Assembly: GCA_965242595.1 (NCBI GenBank)
Contig: OZ251464.1
Location: 1,188,301-1,252,300, forward strand
DNA from: Alphaproteobacteria bacterium
GTDB lineage: Bacteria; Pseudomonadota; Alphaproteobacteria; SP197
Direction of reading: 5' to 3'
Length of the DNA stretch: 64,000 nt
Position numbers and translations under genes: made by a program. The notes beneath the pieces are model-generated. The model saw only the letters and a list, made by a program, of their open reading frames with translations. It ran no database searches and was not told the origin of the DNA. Below, in pieces: positions 11,514 to 24,067 of the stretch (positions within the stretch are counted from its first letter, which is position 1; each line of letters begins with the position of its first letter).

Positions 11514-11852
11514 ATGGCCCAGGTGACGGTGACCATCGGCGGGCGGGCCTACGACATCGCCTGCGGCGCGGGCGAAGAGGAACGCATCGCCGGCCTTGCC
11601 GCCCATGTCGATGGCAAGGTGCGCGAGCTGGCCGGCCCTTCGGGCCATGCCGGCCATCCGCGCCTGTTGGCGATGGCCAGCCTGCTTCTGGCCGACGAGC
11701 TGTGGGAGCTGCGCGACAACGCCGCCGCCCGCCCGCCCGCCGCCGGCGGGAACGGCGCCGAAGCGGGGGAGGCGGCGGCGCGCAGGGCCGCCTCCATCCT
11801 GGCGCTGGCCGAGCGTCTGGAACGGCTGGCGGAGAAGCTGGAGGCGTCGTGA
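11514..11852 (+). CDS. zapA: cell division protein ZapA
   Basis: VTVTIGGRAYDIACGAGEEERIAGLAAHVDGKVREL matches the ZapA N-terminal signature; coiled-coil C-terminus. Confidence 0.8.
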   Translation: MAQVTVTIGGRAYDIACGAGEEERIAGLAAHVDGKVRELAGPSGHAGHPRLLAMASLLLADELWELRDNAAARPPAAGGNGAEAGEAAARRAASILALAERLERLAEKLEAS

Positions 11853-11862
11853 GCGCCGCTGG

Positions 11863-13308
11863 CTAGCCGGCGCGGGTGCCGCCCACGGTCAGCCCTTCGA
11901 GCAGGACGGTGGGCTGGCCGACCCCCACCGGCACGGTCTGCCCGTTTTTGCCGCAGATGCCGATGCCGCCGTCCAGCGCCATGTCGTTGCCGACCGCCCG
12001 CACCCTGGTGAGGATGTCGGTGCCGTTGCCGATCAGGGTGGCGCCCTTGACCGGGGCGCCGATTCTGCCGTTTTCGATCAGATAGGCCTGCGCGGCCGAG
12101 AACGAGAATTTGCCGTTGGTGGTGTCCACCTGGCCGCCGCTGAAATGGGCGGCGTAGAGGCCCTTTTTCACCGAGGCGACGATCTCGCCCGGCTCTTGCC
12201 CGCCCGCCGTCATGCCCGCCATCATGAAGGTGTTGGTCATGCGCGGCATGGGCCGATGGGCATAGCTCTGGCGGCGTCCGTTGCCGGTGGCCGCCTGGCC
12301 CATCAGGCGGGCGTTCATGCGGTCGTGCATATAGCTTTTCAGGATGCCGTCCTCGATCAGCACGGTGGCGGAGGTGGGCGTGCCTTCGTCATCGACGGTC
12401 AGCGAGCCGCGCCTCTCGTCGAGGGTGCCGTCGTCCACCACGGTGATGCCCGGCGCGGCCACCCGCTCGCCCATCAGCCCGGCGAAGGCGGAGGTTTTCT
12501 TGCGGTTGAAATCGCCTTCCAGGCCGTGGCCGACGGCCTCGTGCAGCAGAATGCCGGGCCAGCCGGGGCCCAGCACCACCGCCATTTCGCCGGCCGGTGC
12601 GGCCACCGATTCCAGATTGACCAGGGCGGCCGCCAGCACCTCGTCGGCCAGTGCCCGCCAGGCGTCTTCGGCGACGATGGCGCGGTAGAGCGCGCGGGCG
12701 CCGCGCCCGTTGCGGGCCGATTCCATGCGTCCCCCGGCCTCCACCACGCAGGAGATGTCGATTCGCACCAGCGGCCTGATGTCGTCTGCCCGGCGCCCGT
12801 CGGGGCGCAGGATCGAGACCGCCTGCCAGCTGCCGGAAAGCGCCGCCTGCACCTGGCGCACCCGCTCGTCCTTGGCGCGCAGATAGGAATCGATCCGTTG
12901 CAACAGCCGCACCTTGTCGTCGAAGGCCATGTCGCCCAGCGGGTTGGCCTCGCCGTAGAGGCGGCGGTTGGTGGCCGGCGGGGCCGGTGCCAGGCGGGCC
13001 GTGCCGCCGGCGATGCCGGCCACTGCCCGCCCGGCGCGGGCGAGCGCGGCCTGCGACAGCTCGCTGGCATGGGCATAGGCGGCGGCCTCGCCGACCACCC
13101 GGCGCAGGCCCAGGCCCTGGGAGACATCGTAGCTTGCCGTCTTCAGCCTGCCGTCGTCGAACTCCAGCGTTTCCGCCTGGCGGTGTTCCAGGAACAGCTC
13201 GCCATCGTCGGCCCCTGCCAGCGCCTCGCCGAGCATGGCGACGGTCTGGCCCCGGTCGAGGTCGGTGCGGGCGAAGAAGAGCTCGTCTGTGGTGGGGGTC
13301 TGGGGCAT
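11863..13308 (-). CDS. tldD: metalloprotease TldD
   Basis: PmbA/TldD family: ...HEAVGHGLEGDFNRKKTSAF... and ...GLYAAHFSGGQVD...; 481 aa from MPQTPTTDEL. Confidence 0.9.
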   Translation of the reverse strand: MPQTPTTDELFFARTDLDRGQTVAMLGEALAGADDGELFLEHRQAETLEFDDGRLKTASYDVSQGLGLRRVVGEAAAYAHASELSQAALARAGRAVAGIAGGTARLAPAPPATNRRLYGEANPLGDMAFDDKVRLLQRIDSYLRAKDERVRQVQAALSGSWQAVSILRPDGRRADDIRPLVRIDISCVVEAGGRMESARNGRGARALYRAIVAEDAWRALADEVLAAALVNLESVAAPAGEMAVVLGPGWPGILLHEAVGHGLEGDFNRKKTSAFAGLMGERVAAPGITVVDDGTLDERRGSLTVDDEGTPTSATVLIEDGILKSYMHDRMNARLMGQAATGNGRRQSYAHRPMPRMTNTFMMAGMTAGGQEPGEIVASVKKGLYAAHFSGGQVDTTNGKFSFSAAQAYLIENGRIGAPVKGATLIGNGTDILTRVRAVGNDMALDGGIGICGKNGQTVPVGVGQPTVLLEGLTVGGTRAG

Positions 13309-13502
13309 GGCAGCCTCCTTCAGACTGCATGTCACGGCTTTGCCCCGTCCGTCAAGGGTTGCCTGGGCGCCCCTCCGCCGGTGGGGAGCGAGGGCTTGTG
13401 AAGGAAAGGCGGGGTCGTGTATGGTCCGCCGCCAGGCCGGGGCGCTGGCGGGGTTTCGCGGCAAGGTCGCATCCGGCCCCGCACATGCCAGGGAGGAAGG
13501 CG

Positions 13503-16005
<2,503 letters not shown>

Positions 16006-16022
16006 CCGGTAGGCCCCTCGAC

Positions 16023-16904
16023 GTGACGATCGCCGCCGCCACGGTTGCCTCGCCAGGCGATTTCCTGGCGCTGCTGAAGCCGCGCGTCATGTCGCTGGTC
16101 ACCTTCACCGGTGCCGTCGGGCTGGTGGTTGCGCCCGGCCAGTTGCATCCGCTGCTGGCGGCCGTGGCCGTGCTGTGCATCGCCGTCGGTGCCGGCGCCG
16201 CCGGCTGCATCAACATGTGGTATGAGCGCGACCTGGACGCCGTTATGGAGCGCACGCGCCAGCGCCCGCTGCCGGCCGGGCGCATCGCGCCGCAGAGCGC
16301 GCTGGAATTCGGCGTCATGCTGGCGGTGGCGTCGGTCACCGTGCTCGGTCTGGCCGCGGGCTGGCTGGCGGCGGCCCTGCTGGCGGCGGCCATCGCCTTT
16401 TATGTCTTCGTCTATACGGTCTGGCTCAAGCGGCGCACGGTGCACAACATCGTCATCGGTGGCGCGGCCGGTGCCTTCCCGCCGCTGATCGGCTGGGCGG
16501 CGGCGGCGGGCGAGCTGGCGCCCCTGCCGCTGGCGCTCTTCGCCATCGTCTTCTTCTGGACACCGCCCCATTTCTGGTCGCTGGCGCTCTGCCGCGCTCA
16601 GGATTATGCCGCCGCCGGCGTCCCCATGCTGCCGGTGGTGGCAGGTGGGCAGATCACGCGCCGCCACATCCTGTTCTACAGCCTGCTCATGGTGCCACTG
16701 TCGCTCGCTCCCTGGTTCCTGGGCGCGGCCGGGCTGCCCTATGCTTGCGGTGCCGGCGCGCTGTCGGCGCTTTTCGCCGGCGGGGCGATCAACCTCCTGT
16801 GCCGTCGTTCCCAGGCGGCGGCGCTGTGGTTGTTCCGCTATTCCATTCTGTATCTGGCCCTGCTGTTCGCGCTGCTGGTGGCAGACCATGCCGTCGCTTC
16901 GTGA
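16023..16904 (+). CDS. ctaB: protoheme IX farnesyltransferase (heme O synthase)
   Basis: DFLALLKPRVMSLV...NMWYERDLDAVMERTRQRPLPAGR...GWAAAAGEL...FFWTPPHFWSLA. GTG start at 16023, uncertain. Confidence 0.88.
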   Translation: MTIAAATVASPGDFLALLKPRVMSLVTFTGAVGLVVAPGQLHPLLAAVAVLCIAVGAGAAGCINMWYERDLDAVMERTRQRPLPAGRIAPQSALEFGVMLAVASVTVLGLAAGWLAAALLAAAIAFYVFVYTVWLKRRTVHNIVIGGAAGAFPPLIGWAAAAGELAPLPLALFAIVFFWTPPHFWSLALCRAQDYAAAGVPMLPVVAGGQITRRHILFYSLLMVPLSLAPWFLGAAGLPYACGAGALSALFAGGAINLLCRRSQAAALWLFRYSILYLALLFALLVADHAVAS

Positions 16905-17022
16905 TGCGTCCCCGGGCGAGGGCCGGCGCCTGCGCCTCAGGCGCAACGCCGCCCTGGGCCTCGCGCTGGCGGGCCTGGTGGCGCTGCTCTACGCCGTGAC
17001 CGTCGTCAAGCTGGGTGGGTAA
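16888..17022 (+). CDS. small membrane protein between ctaB and ctaG (CoxF-like, hypothetical)
   Basis: 44 aa, MPSLRDASPGEGRRLRLRRNAALGLALAGLVALLYAVTVVKLGG, with a single predicted transmembrane helix. A small ORF at this position occurs in other aa3 oxidase clusters; its 5' end overlaps the ctaB 3' end by 17 bp. Confidence 0.35.
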   Translation: MPSLRDASPGEGRRLRLRRNAALGLALAGLVALLYAVTVVKLGG

Positions 17023-17025
17023 GCG

Positions 17026-17685
17026 ATGAGCGCGCCGCGCCATGTCAGGGGCAAGCGGGCCACGCTGTTGGCGGTCGTCGCCGTGCTGCTGGGCATGGCG
17101 GGGCTAACCGCTGCCGCGCCGGACCTCTATCGCCTGTTCTGCCAGGTCACCGGCTATGGCGGCACCACCGCCACCGCCCCTCAGGCCCCGGGCGCTGCGC
17201 CCGATGCGGCGCAGGTCACGGTGCGCTTCAACGCCGACACCGGCCAGGGCATGCCCTGGCGGTTCCACCCCGTGCAGGAACGCATCGCCCTTGCCATGGG
17301 CGAGCGGGCGACCGCCTATTACGAGGCCTTCAATCCCACCGGGCGGCCGGTCGCCGGCATGGCCACCTTCAACGTCACGCCCATGAAGGCCGGCCCCTAT
17401 TTCACCAAGATCGCATGTTTCTGCTTCACCGAGCATGTGTTGCAGCCGGGCGAGCGGATCGCCATGCCGGTCACCTTCTTCGTGGCGCCCGAAATGGCAA
17501 CGGACCCGCTGACCGAAGAGGTTCGCACCGTCACCCTCTCCTATACCTTCTTCGAACTCGAAGGGGAGGGCGGTGCCGGAGACGCCGCCGCGACGCTGGA
17601 AAGCGCCATGGCCGATGGCGATGGCGCCCGCGCGGGCCAGCCCGGCAACCATGACGATCACGCAGGCGAGAGCAGCATCCACTGA
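17026..17685 (+). CDS. ctaG: cytochrome c oxidase assembly protein CtaG/Cox11
   Basis: N-terminal transmembrane helix, then LFCQVTGYGG ... KIACFCFTEHVLQPGE (the Cox11 copper-binding CFCF motif). Confidence 0.9.
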   Translation: MSAPRHVRGKRATLLAVVAVLLGMAGLTAAAPDLYRLFCQVTGYGGTTATAPQAPGAAPDAAQVTVRFNADTGQGMPWRFHPVQERIALAMGERATAYYEAFNPTGRPVAGMATFNVTPMKAGPYFTKIACFCFTEHVLQPGERIAMPVTFFVAPEMATDPLTEEVRTVTLSYTFFELEGEGGAGDAAATLESAMADGDGARAGQPGNHDDHAGESSIH

Positions 17686-17706
17686 CCGACCGGCAAGGAG
17701 AGGCCC

Positions 17707-18519
17707 ATGGCCGATCACGCACAGAAGCACCCCTACCATATGGTCGATCCCAGCCCCTGGCCGGCCCTGGGCGCCTTTTCGGCCCTGGTTCTGGCGGCGG
17801 GCGCGATCATGATGTTCGCCCAGCCCGAACGCTGGTGGATGCTTTTGCCCGGCGCCGTGCTGGCGCTTTCCACCATGTTCTTCTGGTGGCGCGACGTCAC
17901 CCGCGAGGCCGAGGTGGAAAAGGCGCACACACCCGTGGTCCAGCTCGGCCTGCGCTATGGCATGGCGCTCTTCATCGCCTCGGAGGTCATGTTCTTCGTC
18001 GCCTGGTTCTGGGCCTATTTCAACGCCGCCCTGTTCCCCACCGTGCAGATGGGCGATATCTGGCCGCCGGCCGGCATTCTCACCTTCGATCCGTGGGATC
18101 TGCCCTTCATCAACACGCTGGTGCTGCTCACCTCCGGCACCACCGTCACCTGGGCGCATCACGCCCTGAAGGAGGGCAACCGGGACCAGCTGGTCGCCGG
18201 CCTGTGGGTCACGGTGGTGCTGGGCGTCACGTTCACCGCCTTCCAGATCGTCGAATACAGCGAGGCGCCCTTCGCCTTCAGCGGCGGCATCTACGGCTCC
18301 ACCTTCTACATGGCCACCGGCTTCCACGGCTTCCACGTCGTCGTCGGCACCGTCTTCCTCACCGTGTGCCTGGTGCGCGCCCATAAGGGGCATTTCACGC
18401 CGCAGCAGCATTTCGGCTTCGAGGCGGCGGCCTGGTATTGGCATTTCGTGGATGTGGTCTGGCTGTTCCTGTTCTGCTGCATCTACTGGTGGGGCGCGGG
18501 CGAGATCGCCCCGCATTGA
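17707..18519 (+). CDS. coxC: cytochrome c oxidase subunit III
   Basis: HPYHMVDPSPWP...MFFWWRDV...GFHGFHVVVGT; 270 aa. Confidence 0.95.
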   Translation: MADHAQKHPYHMVDPSPWPALGAFSALVLAAGAIMMFAQPERWWMLLPGAVLALSTMFFWWRDVTREAEVEKAHTPVVQLGLRYGMALFIASEVMFFVAWFWAYFNAALFPTVQMGDIWPPAGILTFDPWDLPFINTLVLLTSGTTVTWAHHALKEGNRDQLVAGLWVTVVLGVTFTAFQIVEYSEAPFAFSGGIYGSTFYMATGFHGFHVVVGTVFLTVCLVRAHKGHFTPQQHFGFEAAAWYWHFVDVVWLFLFCCIYWWGAGEIAPH

Positions 18520-18539
18520 TCGTCCCCGCACTGATTGTC

Positions 18540-19268
18540 ATGGCACGGGCCGGGCGCGGCGGCGGCAAGGGGGGCGCTTCGCGCCCCGTTGCCATCGTTC
18601 TGGCGGCCACGGTGGTGCTGGCGCTGCTGGCCCTCGGCGGCTGGCAGTTGCAGCGGCTGGGGTGGAAAAACGCCACCATGGCCGCCATCGCCCAAAGGCT
18701 GGAAGCGCCGCCGCTCACGCCGGCCGCCCTCATGGCCCTGCCCGAGGATCGGCGGGAATGGCGGCCCGTGCGCGCCCGCGGGCGTCTGCTGGGCGATGCC
18801 AGCTTCGCGCTCTACCGGGCCGGTGCCGATGGCAGGCCGGGCTACCGCATCCTCACGCCGCTGGCGCTGGCCGATGGCCGCCATGTCCTGGTCGAACGCG
18901 GCTGGGTCCGGGCCGCCTCCTTCGCCGCCGCGCTGGCCACGCTGCCGCCCGTGCCGCCGGCGCCGGTCGAGGCCCATGGGGTGGCGCGCCTCGGCGAGGC
19001 TGGGGGGCCGTTCGCCAACGCCAACGACCCCGCCGCCGGCGCCTGGTATTGGATCGAGCTCGATCGCATGGCCGCCACGGCCGGCGTGGCGCTGCTGCCG
19101 GTGGTGATCGCCGCCCGCAGCGATCCCGCCGGCGCCGCCCTGGCCGCCGTTCCCACCCGCCCGGCGTTTTCCAACCGCCATCTGGAATATGCGCTCACAT
19201 GGTTCGCCCTGGCGGCGGGCGCGGGCGCGGTCTTCTTCCTGCGCCTGCGCCGGGGGGCCGGCACGTGA
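18540..19268 (+). CDS. SURF1 family cytochrome oxidase biogenesis protein
   Basis: Transmembrane segment, then GGWQLQRLGWK ... ILTPL ... RGWV ... AWYWIELD...NRHLEYALTWF; typical SURF1. Confidence 0.8.
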   Translation: MARAGRGGGKGGASRPVAIVLAATVVLALLALGGWQLQRLGWKNATMAAIAQRLEAPPLTPAALMALPEDRREWRPVRARGRLLGDASFALYRAGADGRPGYRILTPLALADGRHVLVERGWVRAASFAAALATLPPVPPAPVEAHGVARLGEAGGPFANANDPAAGAWYWIELDRMAATAGVALLPVVIAARSDPAGAALAAVPTRPAFSNRHLEYALTWFALAAGAGAVFFLRLRRGAGT

Positions 19269-20755
19269 ACGCCGCCTATCCCGAGCTGGAACGGCGCTTC
19301 GCCCATATCCAGGCGCTGGACCAGGCCCTGGAGATGCTGAACTGGGACCGGGAAACCCATATGCCGCCGGGCGGGGCGGCGGCGCGCGGCGAACAGCTGG
19401 CGGCGCTGGAACGGGCGATCCACGCGTGCCTCACCGATCCCGCGCTGGCCGATGTGCTGGCGGCGGCCGAAGATTGCCCGCCACCGGATCCCTGGCAGGG
19501 CGCCAATCTGCGCCTGATGCGGCGCCGCTGGCGCCACGCCACCGCCCTCGCTGCCGATCTGGTGGAAGCCTCCTCGCGCGCCGTCTCGGCCTCCATCGCG
19601 GCCTGGTCGCAGGCGCGCCCGGCGGGCGATTTCGCCCACTTCCTGCCCGCCCTGCGCGAGGTCGTGCATCTGGAGCGTCAGAAGGCCGCCGCCAAGGCCG
19701 AGGCCTTCGCCACCGAACCCTACGATGCCCTGCTGCTCGCCTTCGAAGACGCCATCCCCAGCCAGCGCATCGATGCCCTGTTCGCGCGCCTGGCCGCCGT
19801 GCTGCCGCCCCTGCGCGACAAGGCGATGGCGCGCCAGCGCCGCCGCTCCGCCCCCCGCCTGCCGCCGGGGCCGTTCCCGCCCGCCCGCCAACGGGCGCTG
19901 GGTCGGCGCTTGATGGCGCTGGCGGGCTTCGATGGCCAGCGCGGGCGCCTCGATGTCAGCGCCCATCCCTTCACCTGCGGCGCGCCGAGCGATGTGCGCA
20001 TCACCACCCGTTTCGATGAAAACGACTTCACGAGCTCGGTCATGGCCGTCATGCACGAAACCGGCCACGCCCTCTACGAACAGGGCCTGCCGCCGGCGTG
20101 GCGCGCCCAACCCGTGGGCCAGGCCGCCAATATGACGATCCACGAAAGCCAGTCCCTGCTGCTGGAAATGCAGGCCTGCCGCAGCCAGGCCTTCCTCGCC
20201 TTCGCCGCCCCTCTCATGCGCCGGCAGCTGGGCGGTCGCGGCCCCGGCTGGAACGGCGCCAATCTCTACCGCCTGGCGACGCGGGTGGCGCCGGGCTGCA
20301 TCCGGGTCGATGCCGATGAAATCCACTATCCGCTCCACATCGTGCTGCGCACCCGCCTGGAACGGGCGCTGATCGCCGGCGCCCTGGAGGCGGCGGATGT
20401 CCCGGCGGCCTGGAACGAGGCCATGGCCGAGCTGGTGGGCACGGTGCCGCCCGATCACGGCCAGGGCTGTCTTCAGGATATCCACTGGGCGGCGGGCCTG
20501 TTCGGCTATTTTCCCACCTACACGCTGGGCGCGCTGGCCGCCGCCCAGCTCTACCGCGCCGCCTGCCGCCAGGCGCCCGCCATCGTCCCCGGCCTCGCCC
20601 GGGGCGATTTCGCCCCGCTGCTGGCGTGGCTGCGGCACAATGTGCATGGCCACGGCGCCTCCCTCGACACGCAGGAGCTCATCGCGCGCGCCACCGGCGC
20701 TCCGCTCTCCACAGACGCCTTCGAGGCCCATCTCGAAGAGCGTTATCTGGCCTGA
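19265..20755 (+). CDS. carboxypeptidase Taq (M32) family metallopeptidase
   Basis: HExxH site HETGHALYEQG, plus ...IHESQS..., HYPLH and DIHW motifs. The GTG start overlaps the SURF1 stop (GTGA). Confidence 0.8.
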   Translation: MNAAYPELERRFAHIQALDQALEMLNWDRETHMPPGGAAARGEQLAALERAIHACLTDPALADVLAAAEDCPPPDPWQGANLRLMRRRWRHATALAADLVEASSRAVSASIAAWSQARPAGDFAHFLPALREVVHLERQKAAAKAEAFATEPYDALLLAFEDAIPSQRIDALFARLAAVLPPLRDKAMARQRRRSAPRLPPGPFPPARQRALGRRLMALAGFDGQRGRLDVSAHPFTCGAPSDVRITTRFDENDFTSSVMAVMHETGHALYEQGLPPAWRAQPVGQAANMTIHESQSLLLEMQACRSQAFLAFAAPLMRRQLGGRGPGWNGANLYRLATRVAPGCIRVDADEIHYPLHIVLRTRLERALIAGALEAADVPAAWNEAMAELVGTVPPDHGQGCLQDIHWAAGLFGYFPTYTLGALAAAQLYRAACRQAPAIVPGLARGDFAPLLAWLRHNVHGHGASLDTQELIARATGAPLSTDAFEAHLEERYLA

Positions 20756-20763
20756 GGCTGGCC

Positions 20764-22194
20764 ATGCGCTATCTCAGCACGCGCGGGCGGGCGCCGGTGC
20801 TGGGCTTCGGCGAGGTGCTGCTGGCCGGGCTTGCCGCCGATGGCGGCCTCTACCTGCCGCAATCCTGGCCCCGCTTCGACCCCGCCCAGCTGCGCGCCAT
20901 GAGAGAGCTTCCCTACGCCGCCATCGCGGCGCGAATCATGGCGCCCTTCGTCGCGCCCTGGATGGAGGAAGACGAGCTCCAGGCCCTGGCCCGGCGCAGC
21001 TATGCCGCCTTCAACCACGCCGCCGTGGTGCCGCTGGTGCAAACCGGCGACAACCGCTGGCTGCTGGAGCTCTTTCACGGCCCCAGCTTCGCCTTCAAGG
21101 ATGTGGCGTTGCAGTTGCTGGGGCGCCTGTTCGATCGCGCCCTGGCGCGTGCGGGCCGCCGCGTCGCCGTCGTCGGCGCCACTTCGGGCGATACCGGCGC
21201 GGCCGCCATCGCCGGCTGCGCCGGGCGGGCCGCCATGGAGGTCTTCATCCTGTTCCCGCAGGGCCGGATATCGCCGGTGCAGCGCCGGCAGATGACCACG
21301 GCTGCCGATGCCAACATCCACTGCATCGCCGTGGAAGGCACCTTCGACGATTGCCAGCGGCTGGTGAAGGCCATGTTCGGCGATGCCGCCTTCCGCCGCC
21401 GCGTCGATCTGGTGGCCGTCAATTCGATCAACTGGGCGCGGGTGATGGCCCAGGCGGTCTATTACATCGCCGCCGCGCTGCGCCTGGGCGCGCCGGAGCG
21501 CGAGATCGCCTTCTGCGTTCCGTCCGCCAATTTCGGCGCCGCCTTCGCCGGCTATGCGGCCTGGCGCATGGGGCTGCCGATTCGCCGCCTGGTGGTCGCC
21601 ACCAACGCCAACGACATCCTCTGCCGCTTCTTCGAAAGCGGCAGCTACCGCCCGGGCGCCGTCGCGCGCACGCTTTCGCCCAGCATGGATATCCAGGTCT
21701 CCAGCAATTTCGAACGCCTGCTGTTCGAGCTCCACCACCGCGATGGCGCCGCCACCGCCCGGCTGATGGCACAGCTGGCGGCAAAGGGCGGCTTCACGGT
21801 GGCCCCGGAGGTGCATCGCCGCGCCGGGCAGCTGATGGCCGGCCACCGCCTCGACGATGCCGGCATCCGCGCCGAGATCGCGCGCATGGCGGACGAATGC
21901 GGCATGGTCGTCGATCCCCACACCGCCTGCGGCACGGCGGCCGCCCGCGCCCTGGATGCCGAGCTGCCGGTGGTGGTCCACGCCCAGGCCCATCCCGCCA
22001 AATTTCCCGATGCCGTCGCCTCGGCCATCGCCCGGCGCCCGCCCCTGCCCGCGGCCCTGGCCCGCGTCATGGAGGCGCCGGAACGCTTCGCCGTCTTGCC
22101 AAACGATCTCGCCGCCGTGCAGGCTTTCATCGCAGGCGCAGCTGGCGGGGGCGGCGGCGCGCAAGAGGCCGCGCCCCCCGGGGGGAGGCCATGA
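20764..22194 (+). CDS. thrC: threonine synthase
   Basis: MRYLSTRG...ELFHGPSFAFKDVALQ (PLP lysine)...GATSGDTGAAA...; 476 aa. Confidence 0.9.
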   Translation: MRYLSTRGRAPVLGFGEVLLAGLAADGGLYLPQSWPRFDPAQLRAMRELPYAAIAARIMAPFVAPWMEEDELQALARRSYAAFNHAAVVPLVQTGDNRWLLELFHGPSFAFKDVALQLLGRLFDRALARAGRRVAVVGATSGDTGAAAIAGCAGRAAMEVFILFPQGRISPVQRRQMTTAADANIHCIAVEGTFDDCQRLVKAMFGDAAFRRRVDLVAVNSINWARVMAQAVYYIAAALRLGAPEREIAFCVPSANFGAAFAGYAAWRMGLPIRRLVVATNANDILCRFFESGSYRPGAVARTLSPSMDIQVSSNFERLLFELHHRDGAATARLMAQLAAKGGFTVAPEVHRRAGQLMAGHRLDDAGIRAEIARMADECGMVVDPHTACGTAAARALDAELPVVVHAQAHPAKFPDAVASAIARRPPLPAALARVMEAPERFAVLPNDLAAVQAFIAGAAGGGGGAQEAAPPGGRP

Positions 22195-23462
22195 CAGTCA
22201 ACACGACCACATTGGCGGGGGGCATGCGGGTGGCCACCGACGCCATCGCCGGGGCCGAATCGGCCGCCGTGGGGGTATGGGTCGATGTCGGCGCCCGCGA
22301 CGAGCCGGCGCGGCTGAACGGCATCTCCCATCTGCTGGAACACATGGCCTTCAAGGGCACAAGGCGGCGCGATGCGCGCGCCATCGCCCAGGAGATCGAG
22401 GATGTCGGCGGCCATGTCAACGCCTACACCTCGCGCGAATACACCGCCTATTACGCCCGCGTGCTCGCAAACGATGTGCCGCTCGCCATCGAGATCCTGG
22501 CCGATATCCTCCAGAACGCGACCTTCGCGCCCGACGAGCTGGAGAAGGAACGCTGGGTGGTCATGCAGGAGATCGCCCAGGTGTTCGACACCCCCGACGA
22601 CCTGATCTTCGATCTGTTCCAGGAATGCGCCTTTCCCGATCAGCCCATGGGCCGCTCCATCCTGGGCAGCAGCGCGGGCGTGGCGGCGCTGGGGCGCGAG
22701 GCGCTGATCGATTTCATGGGCCGCTACTACACGGCCGATGCCATGGTGCTGACGGCGGCCGGCGCCGTCGATCACGACCGGGTGGTGCGCTTGGCCGAGC
22801 GGCATTTCGCCGGCCTCTCCCCCGCCAACGGCCACACCGCCCAGCCGGCCGCCTATGGCGGTGGCGCGGCCGAGCACGAGGACGATGTCGAACAGCTCCA
22901 CCTGGTGGTGGGCTGCGGCGGCTTCGGCTTCGAAGACGAAGATTACGACCCGGCCCAGCTGCTCACCGGCGCCCTGGGCGGTGGCATGTCGTCGCGCCTG
23001 TTCCAGGAGGTGCGCGAAAAGCGCGGGCTGGCCTACAGCATCTATGCCTTCCATTCCGCCTTCGTCGATAGCGGCCTGTTCGGCGTCTATGCCGGCTGCG
23101 CGCCCGAAGACGCGGCCCAGGTGGCAGAGCTGATCGCCGACGAGCTGCTGCGGGCCGGCGACGGGCTTTCCCCGGAAGAGCTGGAACGCGCCCGCACCCA
23201 GCAGAAGGCCGGCCTGCTGATGGCGCGCGAAAGCACCTCGGCCCGCTGCGAGGCCCTGGCCCGCCAGATGCTGGTCTATGGCCGCCCGCTGCCGCCCGAG
23301 GAGATCGTCGCCCGCCTCGATGCGGTCGGCCCGCGCGAGCTGTGCCGTTGCGCCCGTCGTCTGCTGGCCATGCCGAAACCCACCGTCGCTACCATTGGCC
23401 CCAGGGGCGGTCCCGGGGACGACATGAGCCAGTTCGACCGCATCGCCTGGCGGCTGAACTGA
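22191..23462 (+). CDS. M16 family zinc peptidase (insulinase/MPP-like)
   Basis: Inverted zinc motif GISHLLEHMAFKGT...E...; 423 aa. Its ATG overlaps the thrC stop (ATGA); preceded by GGGGGGAGG. Confidence 0.85.
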   Translation: MTVNTTTLAGGMRVATDAIAGAESAAVGVWVDVGARDEPARLNGISHLLEHMAFKGTRRRDARAIAQEIEDVGGHVNAYTSREYTAYYARVLANDVPLAIEILADILQNATFAPDELEKERWVVMQEIAQVFDTPDDLIFDLFQECAFPDQPMGRSILGSSAGVAALGREALIDFMGRYYTADAMVLTAAGAVDHDRVVRLAERHFAGLSPANGHTAQPAAYGGGAAEHEDDVEQLHLVVGCGGFGFEDEDYDPAQLLTGALGGGMSSRLFQEVREKRGLAYSIYAFHSAFVDSGLFGVYAGCAPEDAAQVAELIADELLRAGDGLSPEELERARTQQKAGLLMARESTSARCEALARQMLVYGRPLPPEEIVARLDAVGPRELCRCARRLLAMPKPTVATIGPRGGPGDDMSQFDRIAWRLN

Positions 23463-23473
23463 AGGCGGCGCCG

Positions 23474-24067
23474 GTGTTCGGCCTTCTGGGCGCGGCTGGC
23501 GACGAAACGGTTCTGAAAGGCGCCGGCGTGGTGCTGCGCCGCCCGCTGGCAGACGATTGGCCCGCCTGGGCGCGGCTGCGCAGCGAAAGCCGCGATTTCC
23601 TGCGCCCGTGGGAACCCGACTGGCCGCGCAACGCGCTCACCCGTTCCGCCTTTCGCCGCCGCTTGCGGGCGCTGGCCCGCGACCGCGAGGCCGGCACCGG
23701 CTTCGGCTTTCTGGTCTTGCGCCGCGCCGATAAGGCGCTGCTGGGCGGGCTGACCCTGTTCGACATCCGGCGCGGCGCCGCCCAGGCCGCCACCCTGGGC
23801 TACTGGATCGGCCAGCGCTACGCCCGCCAGGGCCATATGGCCGATGCCGTGGCGGTGGCGGCGGCCCATGCCTTCGGCCCGCTCGCCCTCCACCGCCTGG
23901 AGGCGGCCTGCCTGCCCGCCAATCTGGCCAGCCGCCGCCTGCTGGAAGGGCGCGGCTTTCGCCTGGAAGGCGTGGCGCGCGGCTATCTGAAGATCGGCGG
24001 CGCCTGGCGCGACCACCTGCTGTTCGCGCTGCTGGCAGGGGAATGGCGCCCCCCCGCGCCGCCATGA
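23474..24067 (+). CDS. GNAT family N-acetyltransferase (RimJ/RimL-like)
   Basis: Acetyl-CoA motif ...GYWIGQRYARQGHMADAV..., plus ...LHRLEAACLPANLASRRLLEGRGF... GTG start at 23474 after AAGGCGG, uncertain. Confidence 0.7.
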   Translation: MFGLLGAAGDETVLKGAGVVLRRPLADDWPAWARLRSESRDFLRPWEPDWPRNALTRSAFRRRLRALARDREAGTGFGFLVLRRADKALLGGLTLFDIRRGAAQAATLGYWIGQRYARQGHMADAVAVAAAHAFGPLALHRLEAACLPANLASRRLLEGRGFRLEGVARGYLKIGGAWRDHLLFALLAGEWRPPAPP

